Assembly (NCBI GenBank): GCA_965112735.1
Contig: OZ218953.1
Span: 3,596,001 to 3,660,000 of the forward strand
Origin: Phaeosaccion multiseriatum
Taxonomy: Eukaryota > Protista > Ochrophyta, other classes
Length of the DNA: 64,000 nucleotides
Reading direction: 5' to 3'
The position numbers and the translations under genes are program-made. The notes beneath the pieces are model-generated. The model made no database searches. It had not been told where the DNA came from and saw nothing but the letters and a program-made list of their open reading frames with translations. Position 1 is the first letter of the stretch. Each line of letters begins with the position of its first letter. Shown here one piece after another: positions 22,912 to 35,723 of this stretch.

Positions 22912-25496
22912 ATGCCCAGCACGATGAGGACCGAGAATCAGCGCCTTCGGGGAGGCTACGACTCAATTCCTTCCAGCCATCTCTCAATGGAAAGCATGCA
23001 CCAGAACGAGGGAGGTTTGGGAGCGATGTACCGCAAAACTTCCAGGAAGAGCAAGATCGCCGCGGCTGGCGCTTTGGTTCTGGGAATGAGCGCGCTCTTT
23101 GCTTGGCAGGGGAACAGCAGCACCTCCTCCATCGGCGCGCAGCAGCAGCAGGTGTCTCTCGCCAAGGCCCAACACACTGCACTCCTCAACAGCCTCTCTC
23201 ACAAAACGCAGGCAGTTTCGGGCCACCCGGCGTTACACCACACCGTAAAGGTAAGGCTTTGTGGCAGGTCTTGCGGGGATGCTCGCCCCCCCCCCCCCGC
23301 CCCCCGCCCTCTCACCCCTCCCCCCGCCCTTTATATACCGCTCAGAGTCCGTCGCTCAGCAAGGCCGCGACGCGCCCCACGAGCACCATCCAGCGCAGCG
23401 ACCTCTTCAAGAAGGAGATGACGGCCCACATGACCAGCTCTTCCGCCACCAAGCTCTATGTGGAAGGCCGTCTCTATGCGGACATGGACGACTGCGAGGG
23501 GGGGGAGTCCGCCGCCCTACCGGACACCGGATTTGAGTTTACCCTGGAGGCGGGCGTGTGCACCGCAGTTCTGTCTGACGGCAGCGTGCTCCCCACCACC
23601 TCGTCCTCCTCCAGCGCCGACGTGGACAGCTACGTGGTGCTGGAGTGCAATGCTGACGAGACGGAGATGAAGCTCACCTACTACCTCGAGAGCTCGTGCG
23701 TGCAGGAGGGGGAGTGGTACACATTCACCCCGGGGGCGGAGGAGTGCATCCAGGGCCCTGACAACAGCTGCGCCATCGACGCCTACACCAGCGACTGCTC
23801 CGGAAACATCGACACCTCCTCCACCTTCCACAAGTACAGCCACTCCAAGGCCGAGGAGAGAGGTGCGTAGTTGGTGTGTCGTACTCGTTTAATATGATTG
23901 AGTGAGTCGGGTGGTGTCTTTCTTGGCTGAGGTTGACTTTTGCTCAGCCGCGGCGGCCGAGTGGTCGAGATAGCTTGCCCTCGCTCACTTCAGCTCTCCT
24001 CTGCCACTGCGTCTGCCTCCGTGTACACACCACCCACCAGTGTACGCGCTCAAGACCATGAGTGCCCGCGATCAGCTCCTTCACCAGCGCCTCGAGGCCA
24101 AGCACGTGGTCCCCTCCGAGGTGAGTGACGCCGCACTAAGAGGAGGAGCTTTTGTTCAACTGTCCTTTCCTCCGGCCCTTAGCTACGATTGAATGCGTCC
24201 ATCGCATGTCGGCCTCGGCCCTGGTCTAAGATGCTCTGCCTCTCCTCACCGACACACACCACCACGCCCGCCCACGCGCCATACGCCCTCACACCCGCAC
24301 GCACACACGCACACACGCACACACGCACACACGCACATTTGCATCTACTTGTCTTAGGCGGCTTACAAGATGACGGAGCTGCACCGCGAGAGCGTCAAGG
24401 CCAAGGTGTCTCACCTGATGGACCCCTCCGCCGCCAAGGCCCTCAAGATGAGCAAGGAGGAGTACAACCAACTGGCCAACGAGGTGCTGGACTCCTTCTC
24501 CAGCCCGGTAGTGTACGAGATGGCCCTCAACAACCACGCCTCCAAGCTCAAGAGTCCCTCCATGCGTCGCTCACTGCGCCGCGTCCGGCCCTCAGCAGAG
24601 GCCGGGCCAGAGCAGCAGCAGGGGGAGGAGGAGCAGGAGGACGAGGAGCAGCGCCAGCTGAAGGAGGCCGGGTCCTATGGCGGCGGCTACACCAGCCACT
24701 CCACGCCAAGCGACTACGAGCTGTGGGACGTGGCTTGCATCTACCTGGGCTACTCGTACAGCCTGCTCTTCTACACGGCCAGCTGGACCGCGCAGGTCTG
24801 CACCGACGTCTCTGACCTCGAGTACATTGACCTGGAAGAGGATTGCAGCGGGGTACTGGCAGGCGTCTCCCTCGGGGCCAGCGTGATCGCCGGCACGGCG
24901 TACTTTGAGGAGCTCGGCAACTGCCCCGGGGAGAGTCTTGTGTGGTCGACAGGCGGACTGCTCGACCTCGGTCTGGACGTTGACGTGGACATCGGGACGG
25001 TGTTCGGTTACAACTCGGACGATACCTCAGTGTCCGACCTTATCGCGGTGTCCGTGGGGCTCTCCACAGGGGTTGATGCTGGGGTGAGCATCTTCGAAGT
25101 GAGCGTGTGTGAGGCGGCCGAGTACTTCACTGACGGTGAGTGAGCTTCCATTGGGGGCCCAGTCAAGGGGCTGTGTTGTCTCCGTCATTGTCTTTTTTCT
25201 TCTTGTGTGACTCCATCTGGATGCTCATTGTCGCGATCCTTTGCTTCCCGCCCTCCCTCCCTTCCTTTCTCCCTTGCAGACGACGATGACGATGATGACG
25301 ATGATTACGACGATGACGACGATGATGACGGTGAGAGAACTCACACACACATACACGCACACACGCCCACACACACACCGGGGTGGCCCGGCCCTAATGT
25401 ACCCCTCATGACGTGCCTATATTGAGCCCTCCTCTGCCTCTTTGCTCGTCTCTCTCCCCCGTAGATGATGATGACGACGACGATTGGTGGTGGTAA
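22912..25496 (+). CDS. Type II membrane or secreted Cys-containing acidic protein with a poly-Asp-WWW C-terminus (6 exons)
   Basis: Basic residues precede a hydrophobic segment IAAAGALVLGMSALFAW. In-phase exons: 22912-23250, 23346-23862, 24041-24120, 24358-25136, 25280-25330, 25465-25496. Confidence 0.75.
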
Positions 25497-26220
25497 AGGT
25501 GTGGTGGGGCTAGCCCCACAGCGCCTCTTTACTCGACTTGTCGCTGGGGGTGATGGAGAGCAGACTCCGAGGCTTGGAGCCTTACCCTACTCACCGTAAG
25601 GCGGCTGGCTGGGTGACTTGCCAGCCGTCCTTCGAACCTGAAGTTTGAGTTTAAAGTTGCCACGGGGCGGGCCGAGATGCGCCTCGCTCCCAAGTGAGTG
25701 AGGGATGGGCGGCCGCCGTCGCGTCAGTCACGAGGGGCCACCTCATCCTCATGTCATGTGCCCATGTGTGTGTTACGTTCTTTGATAACGACCGTGTGCC
25801 GAGTGTATGTATGTTCCATGATGTGATGTATGTAAAGTGTGGAAGTATAGGACGGCAGAGAGCAGAGGGCCGGAGGGACAGGGGGAGGGTCACTGCCGTT
25901 ACCGTCGAGAGAGGGGCCACTTGCACGTATTTCGAAGGCTTGAGCGCCTTCTTTTTTTCCTTGTATGTTACTATGTTCAGCTGGCATTTATTAAATTAAA
26001 ATAAAGTCTCTTGTGTATTGAGAGAAAAAACAGAAGACCAAAATTGATGCATCTAGTGATGCAATCCCGGTTTACGCCCCCTTTATACGGTCCACCCACC
26101 CATCCACATCGGCACTCAGTCCGTCCGTCCGCCCGTCCGTCCGTCCGTCCGTCAGTCAGTCTGTCAGTCAGCCCCAACTCGTCCGCTTGGATATACTACT
26201 GTGAACAGTCGGTCCATACC

Positions 26221-26869
26221 TCAACAAAACACTTCAACGTTCATCTGCGCCTTGAGAGCAGCACACCTCAGGGCCTTTACCCACCCCTCCAGCTCCTCGG
26301 TCCGGCACCAGAACACCTCCTCCTGCTCCCTCACCAGCTTGCCTGTGTGTGTAACCGCCGCCTTTGACGAGGAGGACGAAGAGACGGACAGGGAGGAGTC
26401 CGTACGGGGCAGCGGCTTTTGTTCCTTCTGCTGATGCGCCGCCGCTTCACCCGTCCCCGCGGCCGCCCCTGTGGCGACGATTGCGCCCGTGTCTCCATCT
26501 TCCCTGGTGAGCACGACCTTGAAGCCTCGTGTCACGCCGGGCCGCTGCATGCTCTCCTCCATGTCCACCTCGTCGATGGTGGCGATGCAGGCGAGTGGTA
26601 GCACCTCTGAGGGGAGCTCGTCTTGTCGGCCTGAGGGGGGGGGGGGGGCGGTGGGGAGCAGCGGCACACCGCGCAGAGGCAGGGTTTGTGTAACGAGGAT
26701 TGTTTGGTCTGGGGGGGAGGGTGCAAGTGTGAAGGCATCGCAATTAAGGGCATGGTGGGCGGTGGTGGCGTGGACCTCTCTTTTCAAGTCACGAAAGGGG
26801 GGGGGGGGAACTGGGAGGATCCACATAAAGGGCTCTCCATGCTAAGCCCCCCCCCCCGGCCCCCAATGT

Positions 26870-26934
<65 letters not shown>

Positions 26935-28618
26935 CGCGGCCCACCTGTGTGCAAGAGCATCGTGTTCTCCTCCACCGTCCCCCAGCAGTCGTGCCAGCCC
27001 GCGCTACCAAAGATATACTTGGAGGGCATCCAGCGCATAAGCGGCCCACAGCGGCCGCGCGAGTAGGGCAGGCCCCTCAGGCTCAGCTGCAGGGAGGCGC
27101 AGGGGGGGCTCGCCTCCCCGCCCTCCTCTCCCTCCGCCTCTCCCCCGCCCTGGTACTGGCTCTTGGCCCACTTCTTCCAGCGGCTGCCCTTGCCCTTCCT
27201 CTTGGCAGCCGCGGCGGCCTGCTGTTGTGCTTTGCTTGACTCCAGCCCCAGCTTCTTGCCCAACTTATTGAGCGCAAACCCAAACTTCTCGCGCAGCTCC
27301 TCTCGCCCTGTGGGAAGGTTCACATTGTCCTCCCCATCTGTATCACCAACATCGCCACCATCGTCGCCAGAATCCTCCTTACTGTCCTCGTCCGTGCCCG
27401 TCGTGGGCGGTGGCGGCGGCACCTCCCCTGTGAGACCAATGTGCTCCCCTTCGAGAAGGTCCAGCGTGAAGGTGGACTTGCTCAAGCCCATGAGCCGCTT
27501 CTGATCCGACATGCGGAACCCGCCCTGAGCCAGCACCGTGTCAGCTCCCACTGTGCTCTTGTCGACGACGGACACCACCACCCACGCGTCCCGACTGACC
27601 CCGGTGAGCAGCAGCTCCTCTGCCCAAATGGCCCTACCGGTCAACGGGGCCACCTGGGGGAGGAAGGAAGGAGGAGTGCGGCGGACGGGCGGGAGGGGCG
27701 CAAAGGTATACGTACATGAGAGAGACAGAGCATGATGTCTCCCTGGGGGTGGGATTCAGATAATGCGTGGGGTATGGGCCGACAGGAAGGCCATAAAGTA
27801 CTGTACATCTGAGCCTGAATAGACAATTCGACAGAATACGGGCGACGCTGCCTCTTGGCTGTTGTCACGGGGTTCTTCCCCCCTCCCCTGCGTGGGCCTT
27901 TGCTTCCTCACCTCCTCCTGGATGGCGGTCCGCCTCACGCACATGATGCCGTCACTGCCCGGCGCTTCGAAGGCACTCAAAGGACCCTCCCACCCCTCAG
28001 GAGGGTTCACAGGGGCGGCGTTCAATGCCTTGGGATCCAGTGCCACCACCAACACGTATGGATCCAAAGTGGAGCTCAGAGAGGCTTTCAGCGAGGCCGT
28101 GAGAGAGGAGACTCCGTCGTTAGGAGGAAGTGTTGTTGCGGCATGGACCTTCAGATACACCGGCTGCACACCCAGGCGCTCCGCCATAAGCCTTCTCGCT
28201 GCGATGCCCCTCGCCATGCGCTGGAGCTGGGTGGCTGCCACATCCTCTCTGCAAGAGGGGGGGGGGGGGGGTTGGGAGTATTAGAAGGGCTCCTAGCTTT
28301 GCAGAGAAGGGCTCCATATCAGTGAGTGAGTGAGTGAGTGAGAGAGGGAGGCAGTGATGGAGTGAAGCAGCGATAGAGTGAGAGATGGACAGAAGGAGAG
28401 AGGGAGGGAGGGAGGCAGTGAGTGAGTGAGGGAGTGAGGCAGTTCGCGATTGAGGCAGTGAGTGATACACTGAGGGAGTGAGAAAGTTTCATTGTGTGTA
28501 ACAATACGTACATGCTGGCTCCCTTAATCACGTGTGGGTGAGATGCGAAGTGCCCCTGACCTGGCGTGAGTTTAGAGGAACGCTTCACGTCCTCGCTTGG
28601 CAGACACAAACAACTCAT
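26221..28618 (-). CDS. IQ motif + C2 domain + PH domain protein
   Basis: IQ: AATQLQRMARGIAARR. C2-like: VYLKVHAATTLP..DPYVLV..AIWAEELLL..VVVSVVDK. PH-like: GPLMRW..GWHDCWGTV..PSEVLPL..EELEGWVKALR. The N-terminus is MSCLC. Confidence 0.75.
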
Positions 28619-29184
28619 AGTGGAGCTGGAATCGGAGCTGCCAAACCAGAACAAAAAAAAAGATTTCCCAGAAGGATTTTTGCTCCTGCCGCTTCCTGTT
28701 CTGCAAGGCACGCGGTGGACCGCTCCTCCTCTTCTGTCTCAGCTCACTGAGATCCGCGCGAGGCCTTCTGTGGCTTGCCTCTTGCTTCGCTAAGGCTCAA
28801 GATGCACCGTAAGCTTTGGATACAAGAAGAATAGGTCTGTTCCTTTTCTTCAAGGCGCACGATACAGCCTCCGTTCTCCTCTTCAACTTGAGCCCTTTGA
28901 CATCGGCGTTGAGGCCGTCCTGCAGTGGTGTTGTAGGTATGCCAGGGAAGGAGAAAGGCTGCTTTAAAAGACCTCCCTCTCGGTCGGATCAGAAGATCGA
29001 ATATCATCGACTTTTTGTTTTTGGAGTACCTCGACGTTTTTTTCTGTAACCAAACCTCCTCCTCCTCCCTTTGATCTCTCCCTTTTCTACACACAGGCAG
29101 GTACAATGTGAAAAGGAGACGAAGGCTCTGAAAGGTACTCCCCTGGTACTGCTTCATCAGCACAAACAACCATAGGAAGGGATC

Positions 29185-32100
29185 ATGAGTGCTCTGCGAG
29201 TGGCGACACTCTCGGTGGACTTGGTCCTGCAGCTTGCTCTTGCCGGAATAGACTGCACCAGTGAGGGCCAATCACTTCGCGTAAGATCCTCCGTCCAGCC
29301 TGAAGGTGAGGCAGGTCGTGAGTGAGGATGAGACAGGAAGAACTTGAAGGGCTGACACTTGGCTGAGGGGACGGGCACGTAAGACGGCTTTTCCCGTTCC
29401 ACTTGAGAGTGGGATACTCACTCCCGCCTCCCCCTCCTCCCCCCTATCCTCGAGCAGAGGTTCTGCTAGCTCTCTTGAGTCGCGATGGAGAGGGCGGCCT
29501 CCACTTGCATGTGACGACGGCAAACTTCGAGAAGGGCACCGAAGAGCAGCAGCAGCAGCCGCCGCCACCGCAGGATGAGAGCAAGAGCGGTCCAGTCGGG
29601 AAAGCCGAAGCTAACCCGGTGGACCGGACCGAGCTCGAGCAGGCCAGGAAGAATGCCTTCGCCGAGCTCCAAGTCTCCGCCAAGGGCGCCCTCGAGAAGG
29701 CGGAGGCCGACCAAGTAAGGGGCGCGAAGTAGAGTAGAGGCGTCGGTTGCTCTTCTGTACAGTACGCAGGCAGTGGAGGATGGTTTTGCATCGTCTTTGC
29801 AAGCCTCTCTCATTCATTCCTCTCTCCCTCGTACAACGCAACAACCGATCTCTGCACCACTCAGCGTCGCCTGTTCAAACTGGCCGAGGACCAGGCCGCG
29901 GCTCACGAGGACCTCTCACGCCGGGCCGGCTCGGCTATGCGGAAAGCGTCCGCGACAGCATGGCTGATTACTGCAGGGCGACGAGGCGCGGCCTTCCAAG
30001 CCCTGCAGGAGCGAGCGCAGCGGCAAGTTCGCTTCGAGCAACGACGCCAAGACGCCGCTCGCTGCCTCAGATACCAAGTCCAGAGGGAAGACGCGCGACA
30101 GGCTCTCGGGGCCTCCGTGAGGCGCTGCTACGAGTTCCTCCACCTAGAGCTGCTCGGCCGCAGAGCCGTTGCGGCGGATTCACTCCACCGCTGGGGCCGA
30201 GACGCCGTGCGGCACGATGAGCGGCGATGGTCAGTCAGTCTATCTGAAAATCGTCAGCCAGTCCTCTGTCCGTCAATCAGTCAGTCCTTCACTCATTCTC
30301 TCCCTCTCTCCCTTCCTCCCTTCCTTAGGCACGCCCTGCGCGAGCTGCGCAGCAGCGGGCGGCGTGCGGCGGCCGTGGAGGCGCTGAGGCAGGACGGGAG
30401 GCGCGCACAGGACCACTTGGAGCGGCGCCACGAGGCCTTCAGGGCTCTCTCGCTCAAGGCGCGCCATGTAGGGGCCTCCCAGGACCTGCGCGTAGCGGCG
30501 GCCCGAGCCCATGCGCTGTGTGAGTTGCAGTACATGGGTCGGAGGGCCGCAGAGGCCAGTGAGGCCTGTGCCAATGGAGACAAAGGTGGGTGTGGAGGAA
30601 CAGGGACGGACGAGGCATAGACAGGGAGAGGCAGGTAGGCACAGACAGGGACAGGCAGGAAGGCGCCGACGCGAGAGGGAGACGGCGGCGGGCGGCGCAC
30701 ACCACAGGAGGAGGCTCAAACGCTGATACTTTTTCTCCGTGCCCCTTCCCCGCCCCCATCCTCCGCAGCTCTGGGCGCTCTCTCTCCGGTTGGGTCGGCA
30801 GTGCGCGCCGCTCGCCTCCGTCGTCAGGAGCTCAACTCGCGCAACTCGCAGCGAATGTTACGTAAGTGCTCACAAGAGGTAGTAGCGAAAGGCGCCTACA
30901 CTCTCGCTACAAGAGAACCGCCGCTCTTGTTCACTCTTGCTCAATCACTCTACTGTTCGATCGCTCCACGTGTCTCCTCCACCTTGCTCCTCACTTCTCT
31001 GTCCCATGCATCCCCTCTCGTCTCTCCCCACACAGGCAACCACGTGGAGGGCAAGGAGGTCCCCCAAGTGTCGAGCGCCTCCTCCAACACAGCGTGGCAG
31101 GCCTCCAAGCGGCACTGGCAGCGCAGCGGCATCCCCAGCGGGCAAGGCTCCAGCGAGTACAAGGAGCTGTGGCTGGGCAGTCTGCACGCCCTCGCCAACT
31201 CGTACGCGTGCGACAAGGAGGACGGAGAGCGGCGCATGCGCAAAAGCACGTACGAGGTGCGGCGTTGCGACCCGTCGGGAAGGATGAGCAACGAGGAGGC
31301 CTTTGCGCTGCTGGCCTCTGTGGGCGGGGCGGTAGGGGAGGCGTGCGGGGTGTCACTGGCCTCGGACAAGGCGCTAAGGGAGGCCGAGGTCGTCTGCGAG
31401 TGAGTAGTAGTGCTTTTGTGGGGAGGGGTTGGGCTGTTGGTTGGGTTATACGTTGGGGCGAACGGCGGTGGTGCAGCAGCAGAATCTCTTGCTCTTCGCA
31501 CGACGAAGGGGGCCGAGGGGGCCTGAACGCGGAGGATGCCTTGCCTTGAGCTGCTCGCTAGTGGGTGGAGAGGTCTCGCCTCCTCGCCTGTCGCCGACCT
31601 CCTCGTGCATATTCTCCTCACCCTGTGCTCCACTCCCTCCCCCCCTGCCCTCCTCTCGCCCTCCAGGATGCTTGACGTGGGACGCTTCCTGGATGCCGTC
31701 CGGGAGCGTACCATCACCACGTACACGCCGAACACGCACACCCACACGCACACCAGCCGTTTGACCTCCTCCTCGGGCGCCCGGGGAGGAAGCACATCAA
31801 CTCGGAAGCCGATGAGAGGAGAGGACTCGAGTCAGCAGTCTGTGGGCACTGCTGGCAACTGTTGGAGTGTGGACAGCAGCCAGTCTGTGGGGAGTCTGGA
31901 GAGCCTCGGGAGCCTCGCTGAGGGTGTTGGTGTACCATGGCCGAGGCGCCATGACCGCCGCTGCTCAGACGACAGGAGGACTAGCACGGAGGGCGGGGGG
32001 CGGGAGGGTAGCGGAAGCAGGAGGAGGAGGAGCAGCACCCGAAGCAGCAGCAGCAGCAGCAGCAGACGGGCATCACAGGCCAACAAGACCCACTCCGCGG

Positions 32101-33272
32101 AAGGGGGTCTGGGGTGGGTGGACGAGGAGAGCGGACACCGTCGGAGAAGCAAGCGCTCTCGTTCTCCAGAGAACTCCGGATCCGGACGCTCGGCCGCGCT
32201 CAGCCCCCTGGGGGCCCCAGCTGGGGCTCCAGAGGTACGTATGAAGCTTGCGTAGTGTCTCCATTCTTCTCTCCTCCTCTTTCTTTACACGCCCCGGCTC
32301 CTCCCTCCCGTCACTTGAGTACCTCCATACACGACACCACTCCACACCACAACACCCGTCGCTCAGCCCGCCCGCCCTCTGCCCATCCACCCACCACTGC
32401 CACTGCCACTGCAGATGAACAGAGCCTGCCCCAGCACTGAGTCTGCCTCGCCACCCCTCCCCTCGCTGGCGGCCGACACGCTCGGGCACTACCAACTATC
32501 ATTGCTGCAACTGCCCGAGGGAGAGGGAGACTCGTCCGTGGGCAGCGCGGAGGGCAGCGCGGAACGTGGCTTGAAGGGCGCTCCTTCTCTCCGCTGCTCG
32601 CAGGCGTCCGTCTTGTCGCTGCGCGCCTCTTGCAAAGCTTCTCCCGGGGCGGCAAAAGCATCTCCGGGGGGGGGGACAGAAACCGCGTAAGTCCCACACA
32701 CAGTCACCCTTTCCCCTCCCACACACTCACTCTCACTCACGACTTATGATGTGTTTCTCCTCCCACACACTCACTCTCACTCACGACTTATGATGTGTTT
32801 CTCCTCCCACACACTCACTCTCACTCACGACTTATGATGTGTTTCTCCTCCCCCTCCCTCCGCCCTCTGGGGTTCCTCCCCTTGCCCAAGCAGGCGGAGC
32901 AGCAGCGTGTGCAGTGCCTGTAGCGACAGCAGCAACAGAATGACGATGATGGAGCACCGGCAGGGAGGGAGGCCCGAGGCGGGCGTGGGCAGCGGCCGAG
33001 TGGGAGTGGTCGGACACCCCAGCAGGGGAGGGGGCGGCAAAAAGAAGAGAGGGAGACCCAAGAAGAAGAAGGAACCGACGGACTGGAGTAGCTTTGCGTG
33101 CTACGGGAAAGAGCGTGGCGGGGGCGACAATGGCTTGCCCTTGGTGACCACTGTGGACAGGCTCATCGCACCTGCGCTGCGGGTGGGGCCCCAGCAGCGG
33201 CTGGAGAAGGACAGGGAGGTGGTGAGCACTTTGCTCGCCCGATGGGACTTTGCAAGGGTGCACGCCTACTGA
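29185..33272 (+). CDS. Multi-exon hypothetical protein (Arg/Ala-rich helical region, Ser-rich C-terminal half)
   Basis: A chain of coding-like segments flanked by GT-AG introns runs from MSALRVATLSV to LLARWDFARVHAY*. No domain was recognised and not all junctions were verified. Confidence 0.55.
32716..32852. repeat. Three perfect 44-bp tandem repeats in an intron
   Basis: Unit ctcccacacactcactctcactcacgacttatgatgtgtttctc starts at 32716, 32760 and 32804. Confidence 0.95.
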
Positions 33273-33491
33273 CTGACTGCTTCGCTGACTTGGATGAAGT
33301 GAATATAATTCATTCACTGTTCGCTCACTTGTTGTTGCATTCATTCATCGTTGCAACGAGGACAAGAAGGAAGTGTGCAAGACTTTGCAAAATAAACAAA
33401 AATTCAATTGATGTGTGGTGCGTGCACTGGGACGGCCCAAGGCGGTCTACTCCTCTGAAGCTTCGGCCATTCCAGAAGAAGAAGAAAAGAC

Positions 33492-35723
33492 TCATCCCCC
33501 CACGACCATGAGCAGCACCCCCGAGTTTCCCTCCTGCGCGGACGCGCTCACACCCTCCAAATCCTCCTCCACATAGGCGAGCAGCAGCGGCCTCAGCACT
33601 GCGGCGTTTCCTCTCGACCCGTGGCCCTGCCCCACGATGACCTCCACCTCGCCCATCACCTTTTCCACAAGCACCACGTGGCGAAGGGCCGCCTTACTCG
33701 CACCACTCGTGAAGCCGTGCAGGTCCAGCGTCCTCTCGAGACGCTCGTGCCAGTGCGAAAAGACGCCCTCGGACACCGCCCTCGCGTACAGCTCCGCTGC
33801 CGCGTCTTCCTCGCCCTGGGCGAAGCACGCGTCGATGAGGACGCTATAGGTCACGTGATTTGGTTGGACTCCGTCGGCCACCATCTCCTCCAGTAAGCCG
33901 CCCATCCCCCGCTGCACGTCTCGCCCGTCGTCGCCGGAGAGGGCCGACAGCACCGCGTTGTATACGATGGTGTTGGGCCTGAGCCCGTCTCGTCTGAGAC
34001 GCCCCAGCAGCCCGAGCGCCTTGCCCCCCTCCCCAGCCTTGCTGCAAGCGGTAATCGCCGAGCTGTAGGCGATCAAGTCAGGCTTAATTCCGGCCTTACG
34101 CATCTGCGCAAAGAGGGCCAATGCCTTGGGACAGTCGCCGGCCTTGGCACACGCGTCAATTGCAGAGCCGAATGTGATGACGTTGGGTCGAACGCCGTCC
34201 GCTACCATCTCGCGCAGCACGTGCATTGCCTGCTCCACATTGCCCGAATTGGCGCACGCGCTGAGAACCGAGTTAAAGGTGATAATGTCGGGAGCAATGC
34301 CGTGCCTCCGCATCTCCTCCAGCAAGTCAAGCGCGGTGCTCAGGTGCCCGGCGTCCCTTCCGCAGGCCGAGATGCATGCGTTGAAGGTGATGACATCAGG
34401 AGAGAGGCCGTCTCTCTCGCGCATGTCCCGAAGCAGCCCGAGAGCCTGCTCGTACTCTCCTGCGTTGCCACACGCCGTGATGGCAGTGTTGTAGCTTACA
34501 ATGTCTGGGGAGAGCCCCTCCTGCCTCCGCATCTCGCGGAAGAAGCTCAGAGCCCGTTTGTACTCCCCCACTCGCGAGCACGTGTCCATGAGCGAGTTGA
34601 AGCTCACGAGGCTCGGAGTCAGCCCGCACTCCTTCATTTCCCGCAGCAAGGCGAGCGCTGGAGCCAGCCCCCGTGCACGTGCGCCCCTGCAGGCGGAGAT
34701 GAGTGCGTTGAAGACACGCACATCCGGCTTGATGCCGTCCTCCTCCTTCATTTGGGCGAAGAGCGCCAGCGCTGGCCGGAGTTTTCCTGCCTTGCCGCAC
34801 ATGGTAATGAGGGAGGTGTATATGATGAGATTTACGCGGAGTCCAGCGGCACGCATCGCATTCAGCAGCGCGATGGCTTCGACGTGCCCTCTGGAGGCCC
34901 CACACGCGGTGAGGAGGCGGTTGCACAACACCATGTCCGGCTGGAGTCCGTAGTCTGTCTGCATTTCCTTCAAGAGCACCACCGCTTCCTCAAAGCGCCC
35001 TCCCGTCTCACAAGCGGCCACCGCGGAGAAGTACGTGATGCTGTTGGGGCACACCCCCACGGCCTTCATTTCATTCAAGACGGCGAGGGCTTCGTCGCAC
35101 CTCCCAGCCCTCCCCACGGCCTCAATTACAGATGTGTACGTCACCACTGTGGGCTGCAGGCCCTTGGCCTTCATCTCCGCGAGTAAAGCAAGCGTCCCTT
35201 TCCACCTCCCCGCCCTGCCCAGCGCAGTAATGGCGGCTGAGTAGCAAATGACGTTCACCTCCACCCCGTCCCTGCGAGCCCTCTCCAGTGCCCCACCCAC
35301 CGCCCTCCACCTCTTCTCCTTCCCAAGCGCCTCCAGTTCCTTCCGCAGCCTGATTTGCCTCGCCTTCATGCTCCGGGGGTCGAAGTATCCTGGTTCCCGC
35401 TGCTGCTCTTGATGCTCTCTGGCGGGGCTGTTATCGAAGTGGTTAGATCCTGATCCACGCTCATGGCGATCCAGTGGCACTGCAGTTACTGGAACGAGCC
35501 CGTCAGAGTCAGACAGAATCAGGCGTAGAAGGCCAGTCCATCTCCCATCGGCACGAACAGAGCGAAAACCAAGACATCTGCCCTCCGGCCTCTGTCGCTT
35601 CCGCGGACGCTCTGGCAGGTGAGTGCGGCCGCTACGCGCTCGTGGAACCTGCCCATCACCTCTGCTCTTCCACCAGAGAGAGGGGTGTCTAGTGCTGTCC
35701 GTTGGGACAAAGGCTAGGGCCAT
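33492..35723 (-). CDS. Pentatricopeptide-repeat protein with a C-terminal Smr domain (intronless)
   Basis: About 14 tandem 35-aa P-class motifs (e.g. PDIVSYNTAITACGNAGEYEQALGLLRDM). Smr motifs: LDLHG and VIVGQGHGS. The start codon is uncertain. Confidence 0.92.
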   Translation of the reverse strand: MALAFVPTDSTRHPSLWWKSRGDGQVPRARSGRTHLPERPRKRQRPEGRCLGFRSVRADGRWTGLLRLILSDSDGLVPVTAVPLDRHERGSGSNHFDNSPAREHQEQQREPGYFDPRSMKARQIRLRKELEALGKEKRWRAVGGALERARRDGVEVNVICYSAAITALGRAGRWKGTLALLAEMKAKGLQPTVVTYTSVIEAVGRAGRCDEALAVLNEMKAVGVCPNSITYFSAVAACETGGRFEEAVVLLKEMQTDYGLQPDMVLCNRLLTACGASRGHVEAIALLNAMRAAGLRVNLIIYTSLITMCGKAGKLRPALALFAQMKEEDGIKPDVRVFNALISACRGARARGLAPALALLREMKECGLTPSLVSFNSLMDTCSRVGEYKRALSFFREMRRQEGLSPDIVSYNTAITACGNAGEYEQALGLLRDMRERDGLSPDVITFNACISACGRDAGHLSTALDLLEEMRRHGIAPDIITFNSVLSACANSGNVEQAMHVLREMVADGVRPNVITFGSAIDACAKAGDCPKALALFAQMRKAGIKPDLIAYSSAITACSKAGEGGKALGLLGRLRRDGLRPNTIVYNAVLSALSGDDGRDVQRGMGGLLEEMVADGVQPNHVTYSVLIDACFAQGEEDAAAELYARAVSEGVFSHWHERLERTLDLHGFTSGASKAALRHVVLVEKVMGEVEVIVGQGHGSRGNAAVLRPLLLAYVEEDLEGVSASAQEGNSGVLLMVVGG

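Noticed and set aside
32716-32852. CRISPR array or snoRNA cluster (contains ATGATG)
   Set aside because: The units are contiguous with no spacers, and there is no CTGA box D. It is a simple tandem duplication.
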